From an uncultured Bacillales bacterium (GTDB lineage Bacteria; Bacillota_I; Bacilli_A; RFN20; CAG-288): a stretch of 64,000 bases of DNA. The stretch lies in NCBI GenBank assembly GCA_949287425.1, contig CASEGJ010000003.1:8993-72992 (forward strand). Reading direction: 5' to 3'. Each line of letters starts with the position of its first letter. Position 1 is the stretch's first letter. The notes under the pieces are model-generated. The model was not told the origin of the DNA. It searched no databases and saw only the letters and a program-made list of their open reading frames with translations. The position numbers and the translations under genes are program-made. Shown piece after piece: positions 40,936-50,283 of the stretch.

Positions 40936-41145
40936 ATGGAAAAGAAAATTAAAATTCATACTCCTTATATCACTTTAGGCCAATTTTTAAAATTTACTAA
41001 CATTATTTCTAATGGAGGACAGGAAAAAGTTTTTTTGTTAGAAAATGAAGTGAAAGTAAATTCTACTTTAGAATCTAGACGTGGAAGAAAATTAAAAATT
41101 GGAGATAAAGTTGAAGTTTTAGGAAATATCTTTGAAATATGCTAG
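40936..41145 (+). CDS. yaaA: S4-domain RNA-binding protein YaaA
   Basis: 'YITLGQFLK...GGQEK...VKVN..LESRRGRKL'; canonical position before recF. Confidence 0.92.
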   Translation: MEKKIKIHTPYITLGQFLKFTNIISNGGQEKVFLLENEVKVNSTLESRRGRKLKIGDKVEVLGNIFEIC

Positions 41146-42224
41146 TAAAAAAACTAGATCTATATCAGTTTAGAAATTATTCTGAGCTTCATATAGAATT
41201 TAAAGATAAGATTAACTTTGTTATAGGACCTAATGCGTGTGGTAAAACAAATTTAATTGAAGCTATTTATTATTTATGTTTAACAAGATCTTTTAAAAAA
41301 GCAGAAGATAAAGATTTAATTCAATTTAATAAACAAATAGCTCAAATTAGACTTCAATATCAATTGGAAGATGAAATTGTTCACGAATTAGGAGTCGATA
41401 TTACCAAAAAAGGAAAGTTAGTATATTTTGATAACGAGAAGCAAAAATCAGTTGCTAAAATTGTTTCTAAATTGCTAGCTATCGCTTATTCTCCTTTCTC
41501 TGTTAACTTATTCAAGTTAGAACCATCAGAAAGAAGAAAGTTTATGGATCAATCTATCTCTCTTATTTCAAAAGATTACTTAGAACAATTATTGCAATTT
41601 AGAAAGATACTAAAACAAAGGAATATGGCTTTAGTTAATCAAGACGAGATTGTAATTGAATTGTTAACTAAAGATTTGATTGATATTTCTTACCCTATAT
41701 TTATAGCTAGATATAATTTTGTAAAAAAAATATCTAAATATCTAGCTGAAATATACTATGTATTATTTGATACAAGCGAAAAATTAAATTTAAAATATTC
41801 GACTAGTTTACCTAATTATGAACAAGAAGGAGAATTTAAAAAAGCATATAAAGAAAGATTCGATACGATTAAATCAGAGGAAAGAAAAAAACAAGTAACA
41901 TTGATAGGATTGCAAAAAGATGACTTAATTGCTTATTTAGATAACAAACAAGTTTATTCTTATTGTTCTCAAGGTCAAAATAGATTAGTAGTTCTCGCTT
42001 TGCATTTAAGTTTATATGAAGTTTTATATGAAAGGTATAAGACTAAGCCAATATTATTACTTGATGATGTTCTTTCTGATTTAGATGAAAAAAGAAAAGA
42101 AAGACTAATTGATTATTTATCTAAATTAGGACAAGTATTTATTACTACTAGTGAAGAAATTAAAAATAAAGAAAAATACAATGTTATAAACGTTAAAGAT
42201 ATATCTAAAGGAGGAGTAAATTAA
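41139..42224 (+). CDS. recF: DNA replication/repair protein RecF
   Basis: 'QFRNY', 'GPNACGKTN', 'SQGQNR', 'LLLDDVLSDLD'. Confidence 0.95.
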   Translation: MLVKKLDLYQFRNYSELHIEFKDKINFVIGPNACGKTNLIEAIYYLCLTRSFKKAEDKDLIQFNKQIAQIRLQYQLEDEIVHELGVDITKKGKLVYFDNEKQKSVAKIVSKLLAIAYSPFSVNLFKLEPSERRKFMDQSISLISKDYLEQLLQFRKILKQRNMALVNQDEIVIELLTKDLIDISYPIFIARYNFVKKISKYLAEIYYVLFDTSEKLNLKYSTSLPNYEQEGEFKKAYKERFDTIKSEERKKQVTLIGLQKDDLIAYLDNKQVYSYCSQGQNRLVVLALHLSLYEVLYERYKTKPILLLDDVLSDLDEKRKERLIDYLSKLGQVFITTSEEIKNKEKYNVINVKDISKGGVN

Positions 42225-44245
42225 TGTTAGAAGAAAAACAAATTGAAACCGAAGAAAAAGTTAACGATGATGAAGAAGTAAAATTTGAAAAAATCGATGA
42301 AGAAACTGAACGTGAACAAGAAAGAGGTAAAAAAGATTATTCAGGTAAAGATATTCAAGTTTTAAAAGGTCTTGAACCGGTTAGAGAAAGACCTGGCATG
42401 TATATAGGTACAACATCTTCTAGAGGTTTACACCATTTAATTAGAGAAATTGTCGATAATGCTGTAGATGAAGCTTTAGCTGGATATTGTCATAATATTT
42501 TTGTTAGCTTAGAAAAAGATGGTTCAGTCACTGTTTCTGACGATGGTAGAGGTATACCTGTTGATGTGGTTTCCGATACAGGATTATCTGGTGTTGAAAC
42601 AGTTTATACAGTTTTACACGCTGGTGGTAAATTTGAAGGAAGTGAAGGTTATAAAGTTTCAGGTGGTCTTCATGGTGTTGGCGCTAGTGTAGTAAATGCA
42701 TTATCTACTCAAGTTAACGTTAAAGTTTTTAAAAATGGTCAAATTTATGAAATTCAATTTTTAAATGGAGGACACACTCAAGAACCTGGACTTCATGTTG
42801 TAGGAAATTGTGATCCTAGTAAAACAGGAACAACAGTTAACTTTACCCCAGATCCAAGCATATTTAAAGAAACAGTTACTTTCAATTATTTAGAAGTAAA
42901 AGAATATTTAAGACAAACGGCTTATTTAAATAAAGGGTTAAGTTTAACTTTGACTGATAATAGAGAAGAAGAAATTAAACAAGAAAATTTCTGTTATCAA
43001 GGTGGGATTTCTGAATACGTAGCTTATTTAAATATAGGTAGAACTCCTGTTTTTGATAATATTTTATATTTCGACGGAAAATCTGAAAGTGTTTTTGTTG
43101 AAGCGGCATTTCAGCCTACAAAAGCTTCTTCTAGTATTGTAAGAAGTTTTTGTAATAACATTATGACAGCTGGTGGAGGAACTCATGAAGAAGGTTTTAG
43201 ATTAGCTATAGTTCGTGAATTAAACCGCTATTTTAAATTTAAAGGTTGGAGAAAAGAAAACGAAGATAATTTCACCGCTGATGATATTTATGAAGGTTTA
43301 ACATGCACAATTTCAGTTAAACACCCTGATCCTCAATATGAAGGACAAGTTAAAGATAAATTAGGAAATGCTGAAGTTAGAAAGATAACTTCTTCTATCG
43401 TTGGAAATCAACTTAGAGATTTTTTGGAACAAAATCCTAAATTAGGAAGATTGTATTATGAAAGAGTTTTAACTGCTTGCAAAGGTAGATTAGCAGCTGA
43501 AAGAGCTAGAAATCAAGTAATTGGTAAATCTGGAGTTGGAGGTAATTTACCTGATAAATTAGCAGATTGTGTTTCTAAAAATCCAGAAGAAAGAGAATTG
43601 TTTATCGTTGAAGGTAATTCCGCTGGAGGTTCAGCTAAAAATGGTAGAGATGCTTTTACCCAAGCAATATTACCTTTAAGAGGTAAGATTTTAAATATTG
43701 AAAAAGCCGCTGATACAAGAATTGAAAAGAATGCGGAAATTGAAAATATGATAAACGCAATCGGCGCTGGATTTGGCTCTCAATTTGATATTACTAAAGC
43801 TAAATATCACAAAGTTATTATTATGACTGATGCTGATGTTGATGGTTCTCATATTCGTATTTTACTTCTAACTTTCTTCTATAGATTTATGAAGCCTCTT
43901 ATTGAAAATGGATATGTTTATATCGCTCAGCCACCTTTATATAAATTGACATATCAAGGACATGATTATTATTGTTTTAAAGAAGAAGAATTGCCTATTT
44001 TGAAATCTAAGCTACCTCAAAACGCGAGATTTTCTTTACAAAGATATAAAGGTTTAGGTGAAATGGATCCTTCTCAATTAGCGGAAACAACAATGGACAA
44101 AGATAAAAGATTAATGTGGAAAGTTACAATTCAAGATGCTGAAGAAGCCGAATTAGCTTTAACTGATTTAATGGGTGATAATGTTCAACCAAGAAAAGAA
44201 TTTATTACCGCAAACGCTAAATTTGTTAAAAATCTCGATATTTAA
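42224..44245 (+). CDS. gyrB: DNA gyrase subunit B
   Basis: 'RPGMYIG', 'SGGLHGVGASVVNALS', 'PLRGKILN', 'IMTDADVDG', 'QRYKGLGEM'. Confidence 0.98.
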   Translation: MLEEKQIETEEKVNDDEEVKFEKIDEETEREQERGKKDYSGKDIQVLKGLEPVRERPGMYIGTTSSRGLHHLIREIVDNAVDEALAGYCHNIFVSLEKDGSVTVSDDGRGIPVDVVSDTGLSGVETVYTVLHAGGKFEGSEGYKVSGGLHGVGASVVNALSTQVNVKVFKNGQIYEIQFLNGGHTQEPGLHVVGNCDPSKTGTTVNFTPDPSIFKETVTFNYLEVKEYLRQTAYLNKGLSLTLTDNREEEIKQENFCYQGGISEYVAYLNIGRTPVFDNILYFDGKSESVFVEAAFQPTKASSSIVRSFCNNIMTAGGGTHEEGFRLAIVRELNRYFKFKGWRKENEDNFTADDIYEGLTCTISVKHPDPQYEGQVKDKLGNAEVRKITSSIVGNQLRDFLEQNPKLGRLYYERVLTACKGRLAAERARNQVIGKSGVGGNLPDKLADCVSKNPEERELFIVEGNSAGGSAKNGRDAFTQAILPLRGKILNIEKAADTRIEKNAEIENMINAIGAGFGSQFDITKAKYHKVIIMTDADVDGSHIRILLLTFFYRFMKPLIENGYVYIAQPPLYKLTYQGHDYYCFKEEELPILKSKLPQNARFSLQRYKGLGEMDPSQLAETTMDKDKRLMWKVTIQDAEEAELALTDLMGDNVQPRKEFITANAKFVKNLDI

Positions 44246-44261
44246 TTAAGGAGTTAACAAA

Positions 44262-46955
44262 ATGGAAAATGAAGAAAAGAAATTAAATCAAGATGAATTA
44301 GAAGAAAATTCTAATGAAAATAACGAAAATCAAAATTTAGTAGAAGAATCTGAAGAAGAAGCTAAATTAGAAAAAGGCGAAGGTATTCAAGGAATAAGTG
44401 AAGGTATTAAAGGCGGAATTGAAGATGTAGAAATGGGGCCTTTAGTAAAAGAATCTTTCCTTGATTATGCGATGTCAGTTATTGTAGCAAGAGCTTTGCC
44501 TGATGCTAGAGATGGTTTTAAACCTGTTCAAAGAAGAATAATTTATGGTATGAATGTTTCTGGATTTACTCCAGATAAACCATTTAAAAAATCAGCGAGA
44601 ATTACCGGTGATATTATGGGTAAATATCATCCTCATGGCAACTCAGCTATCTATTTAGCTATGGCTAGATTAGCTCAAGATTTCGCAACTAGATACCCTT
44701 TAGTTGAAGGTCATGGTAACTATGGTTCTCAAGATGGAGATGAACCAGCTGCTGAAAGATATACAGAAGCAAGATTATCTAAACTCGCTTTAGAAGTTGT
44801 TAAAGATATTAACAAAGATACAGTTAATTTTATTGATACATATGATGGTGAAGGTAAAGAACCAGAGGTTTTGCCTTCCAAAATTCCAAATTTAATTATC
44901 AATGGTTCAATGGGTATTGCTGTTGGTATGGCAACTAACATTCCTCCTCACAATTTGTATGAGACTTTAACAGCTATTCAGGAATTAATTAAAAATCCTG
45001 ATTTAACTCCAAGTGATTTAATGCAATATATAAAAGGGCCTGATTTTCCTGGTGGAGGACTTATTTTAGGTCGTTCTGGTATTAAAAAGTATTTTGAAAC
45101 CGGAACAGGAAGCGTTGTCGTTAGAGGAAAATATGAAATAGTAGAGAAAAACGATAGAGCGTCAATAATCTTTACTGAAATTCCTTATATGGTAAATAAA
45201 AAGGATCTTAGAAAGAAAATTATTGAACTTTGTGATAATAAAGTTATTGAAGGAATTGCGGCTGTTTCTGATTTTTCATCTCACGCAGTAGGAACTAGAT
45301 TCCAAATTGATTTAAAAAAGAATGTCAATGTTGAAATCGTTTTAAATCATTTATTTAAATATACAGCTTTACAATCTAATTTCCCTGTTAATATGTTAGC
45401 TCTTGATGAAGGTGTTCCTAAGATTTTAAATATGAAGCAAGCTTTAGAAATATTTATTAAATTCCAAGAACACATCGTTGAAAGAAGAACGAGATTCGAT
45501 TTGAAAAAACATCAAGATAGATTACATATTTTAGAAGGTTTAGTAATCGCTCATTCTAACATTCAAAAAGTCATTGAGTTAATTACTAATGTTGAAACTC
45601 AAGAAGCTGCTAGTTTAGCTTTACAAGAGAGTTTTGGATTAGATGAAATTCAAACTAAAGCAATTTTAGATATGCCTTTAAGAAGATTGCCCCATCTTGA
45701 AATTAGCAAGATTGAAGATGAAATTAACAATTTGAGACAAGCTATAGATAGATGTAATAAGATTTTAGGTAACTTTGAAGAATTAAAACAAGTTGTTTTA
45801 AATGAATTAGAAGAAACTAAGAACAAATTTAAAGATGATAGAAGAACTGAAATTGGAGAAGGAAATTACTCAACTGAAGATGAAGATTTAATTGAAGATG
45901 AAGAAATTTTAATTATTTTAACTGCTTCAGGCTATATTAAAAGAATTTCCCCAGATACTTTTAGAACTCAAAATAGAGGTGGAGTTGGCGTAATTGGAAT
46001 GACAACTAAAGAAGATGATATCGTTAAATCTTTGGTACATTCTCGCACTAAGACTGATGTTTTATTCTTTACTAATTTAGGTAAAGTTTATCGTTTAAGA
46101 GGATATCAAATTCCTTTTGGGTCAAGAACTAGTAAAGGTCTACCTATTGTAAACGTTATTAAATTAGAAGAAAATGAAAAAGTTTTAACAATAATTTCTT
46201 GTTCAACTTACGATGATAATCATTATTTGTTCTTCGCTACGAAAAACGGAACAGTTAAAAAGACCCCTACTTCACAGTTTGAAAACATCAATTCCAATGG
46301 TAAAATCGCGATAAATTTAGCTGAAGGAGATAGCTTAGTTGATGTTAAATGTACCGATGGAAATGCATTTATTTCTTTAGCTTCTTCTAAAGGTAAAGTT
46401 TGTAGCTTTAAAGAAAGCGATGTTAGAGCGATGGGAAGAACAGCTACCGGTGTTAAGGGAATGAATGTCGATGGTGGATATGTTATAGGTGTTTGTACTT
46501 CTCAAGAAGGAGGAAATCAAATTTTCACCATTTCTGAAAATGGATATGGGAAAAGATCTGATTTTACTGACTTTAGAATAACATCTAGAGGTTCAAAAGG
46601 TGTTTATGCTATTAAAGTAAGTGAAAAGGCCGGAGATTTAGTAGATATTAAAGCAGTTAAAGAATCTGATGAAATCACAATTATCACTGATGCTGGAACA
46701 GTTTTAAAAACTAGATTATCCGATATTCACGAAGCTGGTAGACAAACTATAGGCGTTAAAGTAATTACTTTAAAACCAGGAGAAAGGATAACTTCTTTAG
46801 CAGTAAGTCCAACTAGTGAAGATTATGAATCTGATGAAGATAATAAATCTGTTCAGAATAATTCAGATCAATTAGAAAATTATATTGATGCAGAAGTTAA
46901 TCAAGATAAAAGACAAGAAGAAACTTTAGAAGATCAAGAACAAGAAAAGGAATAA
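44262..46955 (+). CDS. gyrA: DNA gyrase subunit A
   Basis: 'RALPDARDGFKPVQRR', 'YHPHG', catalytic 'AAERYTE', GyrA-box 'QNRGGVG'. Confidence 0.98.
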   Translation: MENEEKKLNQDELEENSNENNENQNLVEESEEEAKLEKGEGIQGISEGIKGGIEDVEMGPLVKESFLDYAMSVIVARALPDARDGFKPVQRRIIYGMNVSGFTPDKPFKKSARITGDIMGKYHPHGNSAIYLAMARLAQDFATRYPLVEGHGNYGSQDGDEPAAERYTEARLSKLALEVVKDINKDTVNFIDTYDGEGKEPEVLPSKIPNLIINGSMGIAVGMATNIPPHNLYETLTAIQELIKNPDLTPSDLMQYIKGPDFPGGGLILGRSGIKKYFETGTGSVVVRGKYEIVEKNDRASIIFTEIPYMVNKKDLRKKIIELCDNKVIEGIAAVSDFSSHAVGTRFQIDLKKNVNVEIVLNHLFKYTALQSNFPVNMLALDEGVPKILNMKQALEIFIKFQEHIVERRTRFDLKKHQDRLHILEGLVIAHSNIQKVIELITNVETQEAASLALQESFGLDEIQTKAILDMPLRRLPHLEISKIEDEINNLRQAIDRCNKILGNFEELKQVVLNELEETKNKFKDDRRTEIGEGNYSTEDEDLIEDEEILIILTASGYIKRISPDTFRTQNRGGVGVIGMTTKEDDIVKSLVHSRTKTDVLFFTNLGKVYRLRGYQIPFGSRTSKGLPIVNVIKLEENEKVLTIISCSTYDDNHYLFFATKNGTVKKTPTSQFENINSNGKIAINLAEGDSLVDVKCTDGNAFISLASSKGKVCSFKESDVRAMGRTATGVKGMNVDGGYVIGVCTSQEGGNQIFTISENGYGKRSDFTDFRITSRGSKGVYAIKVSEKAGDLVDIKAVKESDEITIITDAGTVLKTRLSDIHEAGRQTIGVKVITLKPGERITSLAVSPTSEDYESDEDNKSVQNNSDQLENYIDAEVNQDKRQEETLEDQEQEKE

Positions 46956-46959
46956 GATT

Positions 46960-47976
46960 ATGAGTAATAATTCAATTAAAATCTTACTTTGCTTAAATGG
47001 AGAGAAAGATTCTAATAAATTTGTTGTAGATAGAAATGGTCTATTACTTTCACGCAGCTTACAATCTCAACAAATTGAATATACTTATGATTACAAACAA
47101 AATTACGATATTGTTCATGTTCTTTCTTTAAATCAATTAAAAACATATTATTCATTAGTTAAAGAAGAAAAAAGAAAACCTGTTGTTTTGACTTTGTTTA
47201 ACGATATTAACGATTTTAAAATAACTGAATTTGAAGAAGATGGTACTTTCAAATTAAACACAAACAAGCTTTACAAAGATATTGAAGGAATATCGTATTT
47301 AATTGTTAGCTGGCCTTGCCAAGAATTGATAATGAGACATTTTGATTATCTAGGAAAAATCAAAACAATTTATTTAGGATCTAAAGATTATACTAAAACA
47401 TCGTATTTGGATATTGAAAAAAATGCTTTTAGAAAATTTTATCAACTTCCTGAAGATAGAAAAATAATTTTCACATATGGCGAATATGATTATTCGAAAG
47501 GAATAGACATTTTGGAAGCTGTTAGCAGAATGTTACCAGAATACGAATTCTTCTTTTTTGGCGGTAAATCTGGCATATTATCTAATTCTCAACATTATGA
47601 AAGAGTTAACGATATTAAAAACTTGCATTATGAAGATCACATTCATCGTGAACTTTATCATTCTTTGCTCATGAACGCTAGTTGCTTATTTTTACCATAC
47701 AAATTTCATTCTGATACAGCTATGGTTTTAGAAGCGATGAAGCAAGGTGTTCCTGTTGTTGCTAATAAATCGCCATTTATGTACGATTTGTTAATTAAAG
47801 ATAAAACGGCATTAATTGGCGAAAAAATTGAAGATTTTTTCAAATATATCAAAGATGTTTCAAAAAAGAATTACGCTAAACAAGCAAGAGAATTTGTTTT
47901 ACCATATACAGTTGAAAGTTATGGAAAAAGTTTAAAACAACTTTATTTAAAAATACTTAACAGGGTGAATGAATAA
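46960..47976 (+). CDS. GT-B (GT4) glycosyltransferase, similar to diglucosyl-diacylglycerol synthases
   Basis: 'IEYTYD...YDIVHV', 'FRKFY', 'KGIDI', 'VLEAMKQGVPVV'. Confidence 0.75.
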   Translation: MSNNSIKILLCLNGEKDSNKFVVDRNGLLLSRSLQSQQIEYTYDYKQNYDIVHVLSLNQLKTYYSLVKEEKRKPVVLTLFNDINDFKITEFEEDGTFKLNTNKLYKDIEGISYLIVSWPCQELIMRHFDYLGKIKTIYLGSKDYTKTSYLDIEKNAFRKFYQLPEDRKIIFTYGEYDYSKGIDILEAVSRMLPEYEFFFFGGKSGILSNSQHYERVNDIKNLHYEDHIHRELYHSLLMNASCLFLPYKFHSDTAMVLEAMKQGVPVVANKSPFMYDLLIKDKTALIGEKIEDFFKYIKDVSKKNYAKQAREFVLPYTVESYGKSLKQLYLKILNRVNE

Positions 47977-48042
47977 TTTCGCCTTGTTTTTAATTTAAAA
48001 CTACTATTTAAAGTCATATAATAATAAAAAAAGGATAAATTT

Positions 48043-49560
48043 ATGATTAGATTAGTTACAGTTACACCAAATTCAGTTAGCTTAGAATTAGTTAATAACG
48101 ATTGTTATTATACTAATGAATATGAGGTATATTTAAATGATAAAAAAATATTAAGTTCTAATTTAAATGTTTTTTCTATTTACGATTTAACACCAAATAC
48201 AGTTTACAAAGTTAAAGTTATTCAAAATAAAAAAGAAAGTGATATTGAATTTAAAACTTTAGATAAAAAAGAAGTGTTATTTAAAGCAAGTAATTACGAT
48301 TCTAACAAAGATTATACTGAAGAACTTCAAAATTATATAGATGAGTTAAAAGAAGATGAATATTTAAAAATAGACGGGATTTACCATGTAATTTGCTTGT
48401 TTTTAAAAAGTAACACTTATATTTATTTACCAAAAGGCAGCAAATTGATTGGTGAAGTTGATAGAACTAAATATCCAATTTTACCTAAAGATGTTTTACT
48501 AAACGGATATCCAATTGGTACTTGGGAAGGAAATGCTAGAACTTCTTTTGCAAGTTTAATAACTGGATTAGGTGCTAAAAACTGCATGATTTACGGCGAA
48601 GGAATTATTGATTGTAACGCGTCTAATTCTGATTGGTGGGTAGATTTTCACACGATTAGAATTGCCTGTAGACCTAAAGGAATATTCTTACATACATGTG
48701 AAAATGTTACTTTACAAGGAATTACATGCTGTAATACCCCTTCCTGGAATCAACATTGTTTTTTCTGTAAAGATATAAATTACATCGATACATTTTTCCA
48801 AAATCCACCTTTAATGCCTACAACAGATGGTATTGATCCTGAATCTTCTGATGGGGTTAATATTATCGGAGTTAAATTTTCTGTTGGTGATGATTGTATT
48901 GCTATTAAATCTGGTAGATATGCTTTTGCTAAAAAGTACCATACACCAGCTAGCAATATTGTTATTAGAAATTGTTTGATGAATGAAGGCCATGGTGGAG
49001 TAACTTTAGGAAGTGAAAATTCAGGCGGAATTAATAATGTCGTTGTTACTAACTGCTATTTTAAATCCACTGATAGAGGTTTAAGAATTAAATCTCAAAG
49101 AGGTAGAGGTAATTTAGCGATTATTAAAGATATTACTTTTGATAATATCATTATGGATAATGTAAGAGCCTGTTTTGTTATTAACGCTTATTATATGTCT
49201 GGAAGTGATGTTTTAGATTGGCGTTATGACGAAAAATATGTTGAGCCAAGTGAATTAACTCCAAAACTAGGAAAGTTTACTTTTAAAAATATCGTTTGTA
49301 AAGATACTCATTTTGGTGTCGGATATTTTTTAGGGTTACCTGAATCTAAAATTGAAGAAATAGAACTAGATAACATTTCTATTTCTTATGCGAAAGACGC
49401 TTTAAAAGGTGAAATGGCTATGACGCATAGACATGAACAACATAGCAAGATTGGTTTTTATGTTGAAAATGTCGATAAGTTAACTTTAAAAGATATCAAA
49501 TTTGAAAACCAGCCTAGTCAAATGTATATTGCTAAAAATTGCAACATTATTGAAAAATAG
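48043..49560 (+). CDS. GH28 polygalacturonase with N-terminal Fn3-like domain
   Basis: 'DLTPNTVYKV'; 'TDGIDP', 'GDDCIAIKSG', 'GHGG', 'GLRIKS'; no signal peptide. Confidence 0.92.
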   Translation: MIRLVTVTPNSVSLELVNNDCYYTNEYEVYLNDKKILSSNLNVFSIYDLTPNTVYKVKVIQNKKESDIEFKTLDKKEVLFKASNYDSNKDYTEELQNYIDELKEDEYLKIDGIYHVICLFLKSNTYIYLPKGSKLIGEVDRTKYPILPKDVLLNGYPIGTWEGNARTSFASLITGLGAKNCMIYGEGIIDCNASNSDWWVDFHTIRIACRPKGIFLHTCENVTLQGITCCNTPSWNQHCFFCKDINYIDTFFQNPPLMPTTDGIDPESSDGVNIIGVKFSVGDDCIAIKSGRYAFAKKYHTPASNIVIRNCLMNEGHGGVTLGSENSGGINNVVVTNCYFKSTDRGLRIKSQRGRGNLAIIKDITFDNIIMDNVRACFVINAYYMSGSDVLDWRYDEKYVEPSELTPKLGKFTFKNIVCKDTHFGVGYFLGLPESKIEEIELDNISISYAKDALKGEMAMTHRHEQHSKIGFYVENVDKLTLKDIKFENQPSQMYIAKNCNIIEK

Positions 49561-49594
49561 CATTGGAAAATAAAACGAGGTAATTATTAAATTT

Positions 49595-49610
49595 TGTTTC
49601 ACGTGAAACA
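49595..49610. promoter_or_regulatory. parS centromere site
   Basis: Perfect palindrome TGTTTCACGTGAAACA equal to the bacterial parS consensus, near oriC. Confidence 0.92.
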
Positions 49611-49736
49611 AGACAATTAGACGTATTTTCATGTAAAAAAGAGGATAGAATATATATTTTATAATTGACTTAATTAATTATATTTATATATAATCATTTT
49701 GCGTGAAAATTTATTTCACATGGAGGATTTCAATAT

Positions 49737-49871
49737 ATGAAAAGAACTTATCAACCTAGTAAGCGTAAACGCCAAATGGTCAATGGTTTTAGAGCAAGAA
49801 TGTCTACTCCAAGTGGCCGTAAAGTAATTGCTAGACGTCGTCATAAGGGTAGAGCTAAATTATCTGCCTAA
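49737..49871 (+). CDS. rpmH: 50S ribosomal protein L34 (missing from the ORF track)
   Basis: [52 protein letters not shown]. Confidence 0.98.
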   Translation: MKRTYQPSKRKRQMVNGFRARMSTPSGRKVIARRRHKGRAKLSA

Positions 49872-49889
49872 TTAAGATTGACACAATTT

Positions 49890-49921
49890 ATACCACTAGA
49901 TGTTTTCTAGTGGTATTTTTT
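49890..49921 (+). terminator. Terminator/attenuating hairpin between rpmH and rnpA
   Basis: ATACCACTAGA...TCTAGTGGTAT plus T-tract. Confidence 0.75.
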
Positions 49922-49938
49922 AAAAAAGGAGCCCTATT

Positions 49939-50283
49939 ATGAAGAAAAAAAACAGGCTCAAAACTAATTTAGAGTTTACTTCTACTATCAATTCTAACAA
50001 ATTAAAAAAATCTCCTAGTTATGTTGTTTTTGCTAAAAAGAACGACTTAGGTTATCTTAGAGTTGGAATATCGACATCTAAAAAACTAGGAAAAGCTGTT
50101 GTAAGAGTTAAAATACGAAGACAAATAAGAGCTTTTATAGCTTCTTATAACAGATACGAATTACCTTATGATGTTGTTGTTATTGTAAAGAATGGATATT
50201 TAAAACAAACTAACAAGCAAAATAAAGAAGAGTTGATAGAGATGATTAATAAACTAATTTCAAATAAAGGAGGAGACAAGTGA
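49939..50283 (+). CDS. rnpA: Ribonuclease P protein component
   Basis: 'NRLKTNLEF', 'RVGISTSKKLGKAVVRVKIRRQIR'. Confidence 0.93.
   Translation: MKKKNRLKTNLEFTSTINSNKLKKSPSYVVFAKKNDLGYLRVGISTSKKLGKAVVRVKIRRQIRAFIASYNRYELPYDVVVIVKNGYLKQTNKQNKEELIEMINKLISNKGGDK

Noticed and set aside
49625..49725. Additional degenerate parS-like sequences near the perfect site
   Set aside because: Several mismatches each in AT-rich DNA; indistinguishable from chance
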